Assembly: GCA_964016885.1 (NCBI GenBank)
Contig: OZ024743.1
Span: 285,200,001 to 285,264,000, forward strand
Length of the DNA stretch: 64,000 nucleotides
Source: Eledone cirrhosa
Taxonomy: Eukaryota
Reading direction: 5' to 3'
The notes under the pieces are model-generated. The model saw only the letters and a list, made by a program, of their open reading frames with translations. It searched no databases and had not been told where the DNA came from. Positions 62,589-64,000 of this stretch are shown in pieces. Numbering within the stretch: the first letter of the stretch is position 1; every line of letters starts with the position of its first letter. The position numbers were made by a program, and so were the translations under genes.

Positions 62589-62650
62589 TATTTTATCTGA
62601 TGATAGCGTACCAAAATTTTTGGTACTCTTGAAATATATATAATAGAATA
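62589..62650 (+). ncRNA. Type I hammerhead motif with canonical core
   Basis: Stem I TATTTTAT/ATAGAATA, CTGATGA (62597-62603), stem II GTACCAAA/TTTGGTAC, GAAA (62631-34), palindromic TATATA stem III, triplet AUA. Confidence 0.65.
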
Positions 62651-62737
62651 AATATGGTTTTATAAATAGTTTCCATTTATTTAATATCAATTGTATATAT
62701 ATATATATATATATATAAGGGTTGACGGACCCAGCAA

Positions 62738-62771
<34 letters not shown>

Positions 62772-63182
62772 TATATATATATACATAATCAAGCAATCAA
62801 GTAAATAATAAAATAAGTAGCAGTTATCATCCAGTCACTTAGGCAAATACATTCTACCCATTAAATACCCAGAGTAGCTAGGACAACGGGTTGGGTGTAA
62901 TTTGAGGACGATTTGGTTGCTGTTTCTGGCAGGCCGAGTTACCACATTAAGACACCCTTTATAGTTGAAAAAAGTGCAAGACGTGTTCAAGTTGATTCAA
63001 TTATAATTATTACAGATTAAGCTAGGGGCGATTCGGTTGAACATACCGATTTCGAACTTTAATAAAGAGTCGGGACTCCCACTCTTTATAATATAATCAT
63101 ACTCTACAATCCCAAATATCGAGTACTCTGTTGAATAATGATCTAACCAGTTTCAAACTAAATCCACCCTTTATATACACAC

Positions 63183-63232
<50 letters not shown>

Positions 63233-63371
63233 CATACACCCACACACACGGGTGAAGCTTAAACTCTTTTAATAATTGTTGAAACCATCTGATTTATATG
63301 TATGTATGTGTATATATATATATATGGAATACTGTTGGCTTCTTGCTACAATACTTTCTATACCTTTCATT

Positions 63372-63402
<31 letters not shown>

Positions 63403-63408
63403 GTACCA

Positions 63409-63442
<34 letters not shown>

Positions 63443-63469
63443 TGGTACTTTGGGAGGGACATGCATGAC

Positions 63470-63519
<50 letters not shown>

Positions 63520-64000
63520 ACGAAGACGACGGCCCTAAATGACCATTCGATCGGCTAGAAATAGCAGCCAAATATCTCTCAATACACTCAAAATTATTCG
63601 ACATTTAAAAAATAGAACACATTGTCTGTCTTTGATCGTAGGTCTACTCGATCAGTATGAATTTGGGTTAAACAACAGGTTGTATATAAAAGCTATAAAA
63701 AGTAAAAATATTAAAATATAGTAAAAAAAGGGATATCGAACGTTTGTCAAGTTGTTTTTCCTATTTTGTTCAAAGTTGTATGAGTGTTTCATTTTAAGTG
63801 CATAAGTGTTTTGCTTTGCCATAGAAATAATATAGTTTAATATATAACAACACTAATTACATTAGTTCAAATACCAACAATAAAAATAACTCAATACAAT
63901 AACAACAGTTAACTGATATGTTTAAATATTATGAAGCAATTAAGTAAAACTAAGCTATGTTGTATTTCATGTTAAAGTTGTCTAATTAGAGATACAGAAA

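Overview
AT-rich, microsatellite-laden eukaryotic DNA. The tRNA-derived SINE families, RTE LINEs with (TGA)n tails and long (AT)n tracts suggest a coleoid cephalopod such as Octopus (inference). One clear host gene is present: a minus-strand BORA (aurora borealis) orthologue, reconstructed by hand as 10 phase-compatible GT-AG coding exons from 61045 to 41596 (~697 aa; ~680 aa if exon 9 is read through to its own stop). The rest is a transposon mosaic: RTE LINEs (one with an intact RT ORF and a PHD-like insert), a CR1 LINE, a Penelope GIY-YIG remnant, Gypsy LTR and gag-pro relics, a Ginger-like MITE, a Tc1/mariner element, a piggyBac MITE, Helitron-like pieces and SINEs. The most striking unannotated signal is a set of at least five unrelated type-I hammerhead-ribozyme motifs. 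Several sit in 330-530 nt direct repeats (retrozyme-like or Penelope-derived) and carry unusual core variants. One, with a compensatory U3-A8 core, lies in the sense direction inside a BORA intron. Also notable are a fold-back element whose central telomere-like repeat expands to a 3.7 kb drifting hexamer array, and a triplicated acidic mini-exon module. All calls are by eye; no searches or folding programs were run.
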